The notes below the pieces were generated by a model. That model saw only the letters and a program-made list of their open reading frames with translations. It was not told the DNA's origin and searched no databases. The position numbers and the translations under genes are program-made. Positions 6,946 to 15,800 of a DNA stretch of 24,507 nt are shown here, piece after piece. Each line of letters opens with the position of its first letter. The first letter of the stretch is position 1. The DNA comes from Promethearchaeota archaeon (lineage in GTDB: Archaea > Asgardarchaeota > Hermodarchaeia > Hermodarchaeales > Hermodarchaeaceae), in NCBI GenBank assembly GCA_048939625.1, contig JBHLPH010000025.1, forward strand, positions 1 to 24,507, given 5' to 3'.

Positions 6946-8373
6946 GTGGCAATGGCAGCTGATGCATGGGATTTGCTCAACACTCTGAAGAGCAATATTC
7001 AGAATTCGATGCGCCCTAGCGAGGAGCTTCTAGAAGTAACACAATTACTCGATAATCTCCGTGTTTACTCTAAGCGTGTTAAGAGTATACCCCTTACTCA
7101 TGAAGACTTTGAGCTGCTGCCCCACAGATATTTTGACGGATTATCAACAGCACCACGTGAGAGGATTTACAATTCTCTTGTCCGTCGTCTAAAAGTAATC
7201 TTGCGGTTCAATATCACTTCATATGAAAAAGTTTCCCGTGATTTACTTCAAGGTTTAATAACTGATGAACCAGAGAGACTCAATGGAAGAGAACTTCGAT
7301 TACTTAGTATACTTTATCAGCGCCCAAAAACTCCTCAAGCACAAGTGGCAAAGGAACTCAAAATTAGTATGCCAACTATGCGAAAAGATCTCAAAGTCTT
7401 AGAAGAAAAAATAGGTTTACGCTTCGCGAATCTGGTCGATTGGGGTAGATTCAAGCTAAGACATTATGGTATCTTCTTTGTCACAAAGGGAGTCGATTTT
7501 TCCAAGCGAGTTCAAGCCATCTTCAACAATGAGATGTCAACCTATCTGACCACAGCAGTTTTCGATACTACTTTTCAGCGAGGTTTTGTAGGTTTTCGAA
7601 TCCCGGATCAAGGAAAGCCAGTTCAACTATTCCATGATCAGATACAGTTGTTGAATGACCAGTTTTTCGATATTTGTCAGATTCATGAGGTCCAGAAATA
7701 TTATCAATCGATATGCTTTGACCATTTTGATTATGAGTCCAGTACCTGGTTAATTGAAGGCGATGTTTCTTCTATGGGACTGCTCAATTTCGTCCGGGAA
7801 AATTGGACAATACTTCCTAAGCCAAGGGGGTTATCCAATACATTAGCACGCTCTTTTGATCAGTTGGACTATTACCTTGCGTGTTTTCTCATTGGTGATG
7901 GTCGGGCCAATATGAAAAAGATACTCCAACGATTAACTGTTAGAGGAATGGAAGCTCCACGAACAACGGTTTCAACCCGAAAAATTCGTTTAATTAAGGA
8001 AAAGACAATAGAACCCTATTTTGTTTTTTCGACACCGCAATTACCTTTTTTCATCACGTTTGCTATCCGGTGTGAACCCCACATTGCTGAGCAGATTGTG
8101 GTGGCCGTTGCCCAAATGCCATTAGCATTTGCTACAATTTCGAATATCGGATGTGTTGTACATGTCCAAGTACCTTCTCGAAGCCTAGGTCAGATTCTGA
8201 ATCTTCTTTCATTGACACGCCAGGAAGATGGTGTTCACGAAGTTTGGCAGATGCAGCAGTATAAGAATGTCGGATCTGTAGATCCAGCTAATATTGCTAC
8301 AAAGTGGAATGGTTCGTATTGGAATTGGTCAGAGGAAGAATTTGCCATTCCCTCACTTGGGCTCGAATATTAA
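6946..8373 (+). CDS. Putative transcriptional regulator, tandem Lrp/AsnC-like (paralogue 3)
   Basis: LNGRELRLLSILYQRP..QAQVAKELKISMPTMRKDLKVLE and FDQLDYYLACFLIGDGR...RTTVSTRKIRLIKEKTI; start probably GTG 6946 or ATG 6952 (GGTG SD, alignment with paralogues) rather than TTG 6877. Confidence 0.75.
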   Translation: MAMAADAWDLLNTLKSNIQNSMRPSEELLEVTQLLDNLRVYSKRVKSIPLTHEDFELLPHRYFDGLSTAPRERIYNSLVRRLKVILRFNITSYEKVSRDLLQGLITDEPERLNGRELRLLSILYQRPKTPQAQVAKELKISMPTMRKDLKVLEEKIGLRFANLVDWGRFKLRHYGIFFVTKGVDFSKRVQAIFNNEMSTYLTTAVFDTTFQRGFVGFRIPDQGKPVQLFHDQIQLLNDQFFDICQIHEVQKYYQSICFDHFDYESSTWLIEGDVSSMGLLNFVRENWTILPKPRGLSNTLARSFDQLDYYLACFLIGDGRANMKKILQRLTVRGMEAPRTTVSTRKIRLIKEKTIEPYFVFSTPQLPFFITFAIRCEPHIAEQIVVAVAQMPLAFATISNIGCVVHVQVPSRSLGQILNLLSLTRQEDGVHEVWQMQQYKNVGSVDPANIATKWNGSYWNWSEEEFAIPSLGLEY

Positions 8374-8434
8374 ACCGCCTTTGCGAAAGGATTTTGTTCA
8401 ATTGAATTCATCCTATTAGTCCTTTCCGTAACCG

Positions 8435-9475
8435 GTGGTGTTAATAATAAATCCGCAATTAGTTGTCCGAGAGGGAGATTTCATTGAAACGACTGAGGGA
8501 CTGATTTTTGATGTGAAAGGGTTGGTTCATCCTCCAAATAGAGCGATTGCATTTTTACGATATTATCCTTCAGTAGAGGGGAAGCGGGAACGGGATGGCC
8601 AGCGGTATGATAAGGTCTACCATTTGGCAGAACGATTTGATTTTCTCAAACAGCATTACTCTCAGTATCTATATGATGACCCAGTGTTTGGTCGGGAGTT
8701 GCAGGGAATTCCACATGAATCGATTCACAAAGTCTACCAACCAAAAGCAAGCCTTGTGAGGCTAATGGAGATTGAGACTCGGGATGCATTGCAGCAAGAT
8801 GTTGTGACATTCACAGAGATGATTCAAGAACAAGCTAGGTTACCATTAGAAGTTCTTGGGATTTCGGGAAGCATCCAAGTCGATTTGCATGGTCCCACCT
8901 CCGATATTGATCTTATTGTCTATGGTCGACGTGAAGCACGTACCTTACAACTAGCCCTCCGACGTGCCCATTTGGTTCCAGACGAGGGGATTTCGGCATA
9001 TCAGTTGGATACCTATCCTGCAGTGTATAATCTTCGCTGGAGTGGGACTAATATTCCTATTGAGACGATGTTGTTGGTTGATGGGCTAAAGTCGATGCAT
9101 GGAATTTTTGGTGGTCACCATTATTTCATCCGAGCCGTTTTAGATTGGGATGAAGTTAAGGAACAGTATGGGGATTGCAAGTACCGTCAGTTGGGTCATG
9201 CACGAGCACGGTGTCGGGTGACTAATGATCGCGATGGATTGTTTACACCTTGCCGATATGAGATTGATGAGGTAACAATTTTGAAAGGGACTGAGGCAAA
9301 GGATGTTCGCGAGATTGTGAGTTTTCGTGGACGTTTTGCTGAGCATGTACGACAAGATGAAGAAGTTATTGTTCAGGGTGCTCTTGAATCTGTTGAAAAA
9401 GGTAATGAGAAATGGACCCGGTTTCTGCTCGGGGATACTCCAACAGATATCTTATTACCCAGTAATTTGCTTTGA
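8435..9475 (+). CDS. Pol-beta superfamily nucleotidyltransferase with probable C-terminal OB fold (archaeal COG1665-like), paralogue A
   Basis: GISGS...SDIDLIVYG signature; N-terminal DFIETTEGLIFDVKG..HPP..FLRYYP; C-terminal TPCRY...IVSFRGRF...VQGALE. Confidence 0.8.
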   Translation: MVLIINPQLVVREGDFIETTEGLIFDVKGLVHPPNRAIAFLRYYPSVEGKRERDGQRYDKVYHLAERFDFLKQHYSQYLYDDPVFGRELQGIPHESIHKVYQPKASLVRLMEIETRDALQQDVVTFTEMIQEQARLPLEVLGISGSIQVDLHGPTSDIDLIVYGRREARTLQLALRRAHLVPDEGISAYQLDTYPAVYNLRWSGTNIPIETMLLVDGLKSMHGIFGGHHYFIRAVLDWDEVKEQYGDCKYRQLGHARARCRVTNDRDGLFTPCRYEIDEVTILKGTEAKDVREIVSFRGRFAEHVRQDEEVIVQGALESVEKGNEKWTRFLLGDTPTDILLPSNLL

Positions 9476-9497
9476 GTAATATACTGGTGGTTTCCGA

Positions 9498-10544
9498 GTG
9501 GCGCGTCTCCCAAAAGATAAGGATTTTGTAGAAACCAAAGAAGGATTATTTTTCACAATTGTTGGCTACTTGCATCCACCAGACGCGTATACGGCTTATT
9601 TGAAGTATCGTCCAGACCCGAAAGGAAAATGGGAACGAGGAGATGTGCGTTACGAACGGATGATGCACGTCTACAGTGCCGCTGAGGTGCAATCGAGTAG
9701 TAATTGGTTATTAGAAAATTATCCAGAGTATATTCAACTCGATCCAGTTCGTGGATTTAAGCTACCCTTAGTACCATGGAAGAGTACGGTGGCGTACTAT
9801 TTACCTGAGATTCGAATGGCTGAAATTATTCGTAATCCACAAGATCCCTTGGAATCGAAGGCGAAAGCCCTTGTGACCTTGCTTTCGGAAACTAGCGGGG
9901 TTGAACTCTCCCGTTTCGGAGTTTCAGGTTCAATCTTGTTGGAAATTCATAATCCCATGTTCTCTGATATTGATCTACTTGTTTATGGTCAAGAAAATGT
10001 GCATCGGGTTCGGGATGTGATGGATGAATTATTTGGCGAAAATAAGGTGAAGCCATACTCAGGTGAAGAGATTCAAGCCTGGCAGCTTCGGCAGGTCCGA
10101 ACCTTAGGGGTTCCTGCTCGTTATGCAGAGCAAATCGCTTGGTCACATTGGCAACGAGGGCGGTTTGGAAAAACCCCGTTTTCGATTACTCCAGTCCGGA
10201 TGGATGGAGAAATTATGAACCAATATGGATCTGAAACCTATTCCCCGGTAGAAACAGTTGAATTTACAGCGACTATAATGGAAGATGAAGCGAACCTGTT
10301 TGTTCCTGCTCGATACTTTGTGGGTAACATTTCAATGGAGGAAGGAAATACCGAATTACCTGCATTAACTGAAGTAGTATCATTTGAGGGAGTTTTTGCC
10401 GCAGTTTTTAATAAAGGTGACCGCGTGCGAATTCGTGGCATGGTTGAGGCGATTCGTGATCAACAGGGGAATATATTAAGAAATCAGGTTATTGTTGGGG
10501 CATTATCTGCACAGGGTTGGATTGTCCGACTATCTTCGTCTTAA
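9498..10544 (+). CDS. Pol-beta superfamily nucleotidyltransferase (COG1665-like), paralogue B
   Basis: GVSGS...SDIDLLVYG; DFVETKEGLFFTIVGY.HPP..YLKYRP; VPARY...VVSFEGVF...IRGMVE; SD GGTGG; 22 nt after paralogue A. Confidence 0.8.
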   Translation: MARLPKDKDFVETKEGLFFTIVGYLHPPDAYTAYLKYRPDPKGKWERGDVRYERMMHVYSAAEVQSSSNWLLENYPEYIQLDPVRGFKLPLVPWKSTVAYYLPEIRMAEIIRNPQDPLESKAKALVTLLSETSGVELSRFGVSGSILLEIHNPMFSDIDLLVYGQENVHRVRDVMDELFGENKVKPYSGEEIQAWQLRQVRTLGVPARYAEQIAWSHWQRGRFGKTPFSITPVRMDGEIMNQYGSETYSPVETVEFTATIMEDEANLFVPARYFVGNISMEEGNTELPALTEVVSFEGVFAAVFNKGDRVRIRGMVEAIRDQQGNILRNQVIVGALSAQGWIVRLSSS

Positions 10545-10640
10545 CCAATTTAGACAAGAGCCTCTGCTTAGGGTTTCAGCAAGAGATTTATTAGAGGTCA
10601 TCAGTTATCGGTTGCAACTAGAATTGGAGTGTAAACTGCT

Positions 10641-11039
10641 ATGCCAAGCTTGGAAGTCGTGTTACTGACAGGTCGAACCCGGCGACAAGGCGTAGGTCTA
10701 GAGGCGGGGAAACTAAGTGAGATTTATTATGAAGCGACTACTCAGATTCGACTTGATCCTGTTGATTTAGAGAAACTAAAGATTGAACCCGGTGATACTG
10801 TGGAAGTCACTACAGACCACGGCAGTGTCATTCTTCGGGCTGAAGTTGCACCCCGAGCTAGCGAAGGCATGGGATTTATTCCGTATGGTCCATGGGCGAA
10901 TTGTGTCATCAGCGGTGATACTGATAGTACGGGTATGCCGACGATGAAAGGATTGAAAGCTAAGGTAACACCTGCCCCCGATAAGCAGGTGCTTACGCTT
11001 CAAGAACTGCTAGCAGAGATGCGTAACACACCCTCCTAA
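10641..11039 (+). CDS. fwdD: Formylmethanofuran dehydrogenase subunit D (molybdopterin-dinucleotide-binding domain)
   Basis: LLTGRTRRQG, GFIPYGPWAN, TDSTGMPTMKG; 132 aa. Confidence 0.92.
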   Translation: MPSLEVVLLTGRTRRQGVGLEAGKLSEIYYEATTQIRLDPVDLEKLKIEPGDTVEVTTDHGSVILRAEVAPRASEGMGFIPYGPWANCVISGDTDSTGMPTMKGLKAKVTPAPDKQVLTLQELLAEMRNTPS

Positions 11040-11057
11040 CATGGCTATATTCCAGTA

Positions 11058-13253
11058 ATGGGGAATTTCATGATTACTTACATCATATTGGGCATTGCAA
11101 TCTTCATCGGATTATTAGCTATTCTCGTGGCATTGGTATTTTATCGACTTGTTATGCGAGCCGAGGAAGGAAATGAACGGATGCGCGAGGTAAGTAACCT
11201 CATTGAAGAGGGGGCATATTCATTTCTACGTGTTCAGTATCGAATTCTTGCCATCTTCGCTAGTCTAATGGCGATAGTCATTGCCTTGGCTGAATTTTTC
11301 TTTGGAGCTTCTAATATCGCAGCCCAAGCTATAGCCCTTGCAATCTCTTTCGTCATTGGCTCATTCGCAAGCATGGCAGCTGGCTATATTGGAATGATGG
11401 TCGGAACTCGAGCTAATCGTCGGACGGCAGCAGCTGCCGCAATGGGTGGAATGAATCCAGCATTCCGAGTTGCATTTCGAGCTGGGTCTGTCATGGGACT
11501 TGTAATTAGTGGACTCGCCTTGGTCGGAATTGCCTCCCTGTATCTGATTTGGAATTTTGTTTTTGCTCCCCTTGGTATCACAGGTGGTGTTGCCCTTTGG
11601 GAAATCATCGTGGGTTTTTCCTTTGGAGCAAGCAGTGTCGCACTCTTCGCGAGAGCCGGTGGTGGAATTTATACCAAAACTGCAGATATTGCTGCAGATA
11701 TTGTTGGCAAAGTTGAATTTGAAATCCCTGAAGATGACCCAAGAAACCCTGCTGCAGTCGCTGATGCCGTCGGGGACAATGTTGGTGACATCGCTGGTAC
11801 GGGTGCAGATATTTTTGACAGTAATATCGCAGCAATTCTAGCTGCAGCAATTTTAGGTGCAACAATTGATGTAGCCTTGGCAGGGAACGGAATCTTCGTT
11901 CTTATTCCCTATGGAATGATTCCGTTGATTATTGCGACTCTGGGAGGAATTTCAGCTATTATTGGTGTTTTTACAGTTCGGACCAGCGATACATGTGAGC
12001 CTAATTGCTCTCTTAATCATGGGACGTACTATTCGACCATATTATTCGGAGTACTTGTTGTTTTGGTCCTTTTCTTACTCCAAATTCCCATTGTTCTCGC
12101 GATTGCGGGAATACTTGGACTTTTAGCTGGTGTGCTCATTGGATTCGTCTCTAACATTTTTACCAATGATTTTGGTTTCAGACGGTTCCAACCTGTCCAG
12201 AGCATGATTAGATCAGCGGAAACTAGCACTGGCACCTTAGCTTTATCAGGAATCTCATATGGGCTTCTAAGCGTTGTTCCCTCCGTAATTGGCATCGTTG
12301 TTGCATTAGTAGTTGCATTCGCCTTAGGCACACTAATCCCAATCCCAGGACCTATTGGGGTCTGGCAGGCTGGTGTCTTTTCCATTTCCATTGCTGCTGT
12401 CGGATTATTGGCAACGAATGGCCTTGTAGTTAGTGCTGATGCTTATGGCCCAATTGTTGATAATGCCCGAGGAATCATTGAACAAGCGGGAGCATCGAAG
12501 GAAGCGATCGAAGAATGTGACAAACTCGATGCAATTGGGAATACTACAAAAGCTATCACCAAGGGTTTTGCAATTGGTGCTACAGCTTTGACTGTTTTTG
12601 CGCTTTTTGCTGCTTATATTCAACTTGCAACCCTACTTACTGGAGCTCCTGTCTTCATCGATATTCTAAATCCAGTAGTTCTTGCAGGTGCTTTGATAGG
12701 GGGTATGCTCCCCGTGGCCTTTTCAGCCATTCTGATTCTTAGTGTTCAAAAAAATGCAGACAAGCTGATTCATGAAATCCGCCGACAATTCCGTGAGGAT
12801 TCCGGGATTCTTGCAGGCACATCAAAGCCTGATTATGACCGAGGAATCAAGATAGCAACACAAGGAGCACTACGAGAACTGCTACCACCAACAATTACCG
12901 CAATTCTTGTTACTATAATTACCGGAATTATTTTGGGATTAGAAGCCTTGGCAGCCTATCTAGCAGGCGCAGTAATTGTTGGACTCATTTTCGCTCTATT
13001 CATGGATAATGCTGGTGGTGCTTGGGATAACGCCAAGAAATTCATTGAATCGACCAATTATGATCAAAGCAAGCCAAATTATCACGAAATTCACGCCGCA
13101 TCTGTCGTAGGCGACACAATTGGGGATCCTTTCAAAGATACTGCAGGTCCTTCACTCAATACATTACTCGCACTGACTTCTCTTACAGCAACCATATTCT
13201 TGCCACTCATCTGGACCGGACATCTGTGGGTACTATTCCTAATCTTCCCTTAG
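11058..13253 (+). CDS. hppA: Membrane-integral ion-translocating pyrophosphatase, K+-independent signature (probably H+-pumping)
   Basis: GGGIYTK.AD..ADIVGKVE, IPEDDPRNPA, GDNVGD, DAYGPIVDNA, LDAIGNTTKAITKG, NAGGAWDNAKK, GDTIGDPFKDTAGPS; many TM helices. Confidence 0.95.
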   Translation: MGNFMITYIILGIAIFIGLLAILVALVFYRLVMRAEEGNERMREVSNLIEEGAYSFLRVQYRILAIFASLMAIVIALAEFFFGASNIAAQAIALAISFVIGSFASMAAGYIGMMVGTRANRRTAAAAAMGGMNPAFRVAFRAGSVMGLVISGLALVGIASLYLIWNFVFAPLGITGGVALWEIIVGFSFGASSVALFARAGGGIYTKTADIAADIVGKVEFEIPEDDPRNPAAVADAVGDNVGDIAGTGADIFDSNIAAILAAAILGATIDVALAGNGIFVLIPYGMIPLIIATLGGISAIIGVFTVRTSDTCEPNCSLNHGTYYSTILFGVLVVLVLFLLQIPIVLAIAGILGLLAGVLIGFVSNIFTNDFGFRRFQPVQSMIRSAETSTGTLALSGISYGLLSVVPSVIGIVVALVVAFALGTLIPIPGPIGVWQAGVFSISIAAVGLLATNGLVVSADAYGPIVDNARGIIEQAGASKEAIEECDKLDAIGNTTKAITKGFAIGATALTVFALFAAYIQLATLLTGAPVFIDILNPVVLAGALIGGMLPVAFSAILILSVQKNADKLIHEIRRQFREDSGILAGTSKPDYDRGIKIATQGALRELLPPTITAILVTIITGIILGLEALAAYLAGAVIVGLIFALFMDNAGGAWDNAKKFIESTNYDQSKPNYHEIHAASVVGDTIGDPFKDTAGPSLNTLLALTSLTATIFLPLIWTGHLWVLFLIFP

Positions 13254-13397
13254 GCTAAAGATAAAGACATTTTCTAGTATCATGTGTGAATTCCGAACTA
13301 AGTAGTTCAAATTCTCACCATTATTCTTCATCAGACGCTTAAATTCTAACTGTCCGGATTCCATGAATTCAAAAACCTCATCTGCGCAATTGAGCCA

Positions 13398-13421
13398 GCT
13401 TAAATTCCTTAATTAGGGAAT
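13398..13421 (+). promoter_or_regulatory. TATA-like box followed by an 18-bp palindrome overlapping the first ATG of the CPBP gene
   Basis: GCTTAAAT at 13398; ATTCCTTAATTAGGGAAT at 13404-13421 (8/9 symmetric); GCTTAAATTC repeated at 13337. Confidence 0.4.
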
Positions 13422-14289
13422 GATTAGAATGTCGGAAAAAGAATCGATTAGAAAGCCGTTGATGCCCCCAGTTCTCTTGGCTATCGTGTTTTTTGTGATT
13501 GCCATGGTATTTCGCATCATTGACATCTTCGTGTTACAATTGCATTTGACTAATTGGAGCATTATCACTTCGAAGGTCATTCCCCTGGTGATTCTCCTTC
13601 TCTACGTCGCTATTGTTTATCGTACATTCTCAGTGCTTGGAATCCATACAAAATACTTGATTATCAACATCATTTTGGGTGTCTTAGTCTATCTCGTTTA
13701 CTTTATTTTGCCCTATGCTCTTCAACGTTTCATCGAACTTGTATTAGGGCTAGGACCCAGCCTAAATCTCACCATCGCCCCGGTATTCATTGTTGCGTAC
13801 TATATCATCTTCTATATCATCAATTCATTCACGGAAGAAGGCCTTTTCCGTGGTCTGATGATGCGGTGTTTCATGACCAAGACGAATGTGAATATCGCTA
13901 ATATCATTCAAGCCATCTTCTTTGGGTTTTGGCATATTGTTTGGCCTATCAGCGCTCTGCTGAATGGAATGGATCCTGTTAGTGCGACTTGGTATGCCAC
14001 CTATTATGTTGCCTCATCATTTGTCTTTGGAATTGTGACCGGATACATGTTCCAAAAAACCAGTAGTTTGTGGGGTCCAATCGTGTTACACACACTTTGG
14101 AATTTCACGCTCTTTATAATCACTCTAACTTATGTAATTCCTCCAGCGGGTGTCATCGACTTATTAGTCTACATAACAACTTTTAGCACTGAAGTGATTG
14201 GCGCTGTAATTGCCATCTTAGCCATTCGTTTCATTAGCCACTCCCAACAACTCCCTGAGCTTACAGAGTGGAATGCTCCATTACCCTGA
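13420..14289 (+). CDS. CPBP (Abi / type II CAAX protease family) intramembrane glutamic endopeptidase
   Basis: EEGLFRG, FFGFWH and SLWGPIVLHTLWN motifs; multi-TM. Confidence 0.9.
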   Translation: MIRMSEKESIRKPLMPPVLLAIVFFVIAMVFRIIDIFVLQLHLTNWSIITSKVIPLVILLLYVAIVYRTFSVLGIHTKYLIINIILGVLVYLVYFILPYALQRFIELVLGLGPSLNLTIAPVFIVAYYIIFYIINSFTEEGLFRGLMMRCFMTKTNVNIANIIQAIFFGFWHIVWPISALLNGMDPVSATWYATYYVASSFVFGIVTGYMFQKTSSLWGPIVLHTLWNFTLFIITLTYVIPPAGVIDLLVYITTFSTEVIGAVIAILAIRFISHSQQLPELTEWNAPLP

Positions 14290-14401
14290 CTCCACATCAA
14301 ACAAATAATGCCTGTGAATCGTAGTTTGGGCGAACCGCTTAAATGACAGAACCGCCCTGTAGAACTACACTCTATGCTAGATGCTATATGAGGTCCACAC
14401 C

Positions 14402-15796
14402 ATGACAACCAAAGATACTGATGCAATTCTTGCAACCCCTCGCTCCCGGATCACCAAACATGTCATCTGTCCGTTCTGTGGCTGTCTTTGCGATGACATC
14501 GAAGTAGCCGTAACCCTAACAGGTCCGTTACCCCGAGTTCCCGAAGGAACAATTGTGGAGGCCTTGAATGCATGCCGAATTGGACACACCAAATTCCTCA
14601 AAGTTCGAGATGAGTACCGGATTTACAAACCAGAGCTACGCTCAGGTCCAAACAAATCAAAAGTGCAACAAGTATCTTTGGAAGAAGCAGTGAAAGCAGC
14701 TGCAAAAATCCTTGCTGAAGCGAAACGCCCAGTAATTTACGGATTAGCCAGTACATCAAATGAAGCCAGCGTCAAGGCATTAGAACTCGCCGAGGTTTCT
14801 GGGGCTATTGTGGATAATACTTCATCAGTATGTCATGGTCCAGGTATTGAGGCAGTTCAACGAGTCGGGATAGGAACCTGCACCTTAGGTAAGATCAAGA
14901 ACTACTCTGATCTCATTGTTTACTGGGGCTGTAACCCAATTGCAGCACATCCAAGGCATACACGACGCTATTCTCAATTCATTGAGGGCCTCTTCCAACA
15001 GGTCGAGGACCGGAAGATCTATCATATCGATGTTCGCCCCACACGGTTCACGGAACAAGTGACCAACTCAATTATCGTAGAACCCAATAAGGATTATGAA
15101 CTGCTTCAAGCAGTTCGAGCACTTCTACGAGGTCGTGAATTACATGCCTCGGAGGTTGCTGGGGTCCCCATGCGCCAAATCCGTGAATTTACTAATGATT
15201 TGAAGTCTGCAAAATTTACCACGATTTTCTTCGGTTTAGGTCTCACCCAAACTCATGGAAAGGACCACAATGTTTCAGCTGCAATTGATTTGACAGCAGA
15301 TTTGAATCACTATACAAAAGCCGTAATCATGCCGCTCCGAGGTCACTTCAACGTAACTGGTTCCAATCACGTTTCTACCTGGACATACGGTTATCCGTTT
15401 TCTATCAGCTTGGAACAAGGTGCGCCGTACTATATGCCAGGAGAAACCAGTGCGGTAGATGTGCTAGCTCGTGGAGAAGCGGATGCGTTTTTTGCCATCG
15501 CAGCTGATCCGGCAGCATCATTCCCGATGCCAGCGGTGAAAGCGATGATGAATATTCCAGTCATTGTTTTAGATCCCAAGCGCTGTGCGACCACAGAGAT
15601 TTCCGACGTCGTCTTGCCTTCTGCATATGTCGGAATTGAAGCAGATGGTGTTCAAACTGCTTATCGAATGGATGGCATCCCCTTACAACTTGACAAAATT
15701 GTCGATGCGCCAGCAGGCGTAAAAAGCGATGACCAGATTCTTGATATGATAATTCGAGAAGTCTGTAAGCTGAAAGGCATTAAACGATACGCATAG
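14402..15796 (+). CDS. fwdB: Formylmethanofuran dehydrogenase subunit B (Mo/W-bisPGD, Cys ligand)
   Basis: CPFCGCLCDD [4Fe-4S] motif, DNTSSVCHGP, YWGCNP..AHPRH, PLRGHFNVTG, TAYRMDG; ATG 14402 after SD GAGGT (ORF opens at 14381); GAACCGCTTAAAT promoter at 14332-14344. Confidence 0.93.
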   Translation: MTTKDTDAILATPRSRITKHVICPFCGCLCDDIEVAVTLTGPLPRVPEGTIVEALNACRIGHTKFLKVRDEYRIYKPELRSGPNKSKVQQVSLEEAVKAAAKILAEAKRPVIYGLASTSNEASVKALELAEVSGAIVDNTSSVCHGPGIEAVQRVGIGTCTLGKIKNYSDLIVYWGCNPIAAHPRHTRRYSQFIEGLFQQVEDRKIYHIDVRPTRFTEQVTNSIIVEPNKDYELLQAVRALLRGRELHASEVAGVPMRQIREFTNDLKSAKFTTIFFGLGLTQTHGKDHNVSAAIDLTADLNHYTKAVIMPLRGHFNVTGSNHVSTWTYGYPFSISLEQGAPYYMPGETSAVDVLARGEADAFFAIAADPAASFPMPAVKAMMNIPVIVLDPKRCATTEISDVVLPSAYVGIEADGVQTAYRMDGIPLQLDKIVDAPAGVKSDDQILDMIIREVCKLKGIKRYA

Positions 15797-15800
15797 TAAC

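Noticed and set aside
410-8373. Regulator paralogues as NirDLGH/AhbAB siroheme decarboxylases (also Lrp-like)
   Set aside because: No HCYxR-type catalytic motif and no heme or siroheme genes nearby
8435-11039. NTase pair as a CBASS/anti-phage system or MNT-HEPN toxin-antitoxin
   Set aside because: No effector, Cap2/Cap3, HORMA or HEPN gene; size and OB-like tail fit the archaeal COG1665-like family; fwdD has its own TATA-like box
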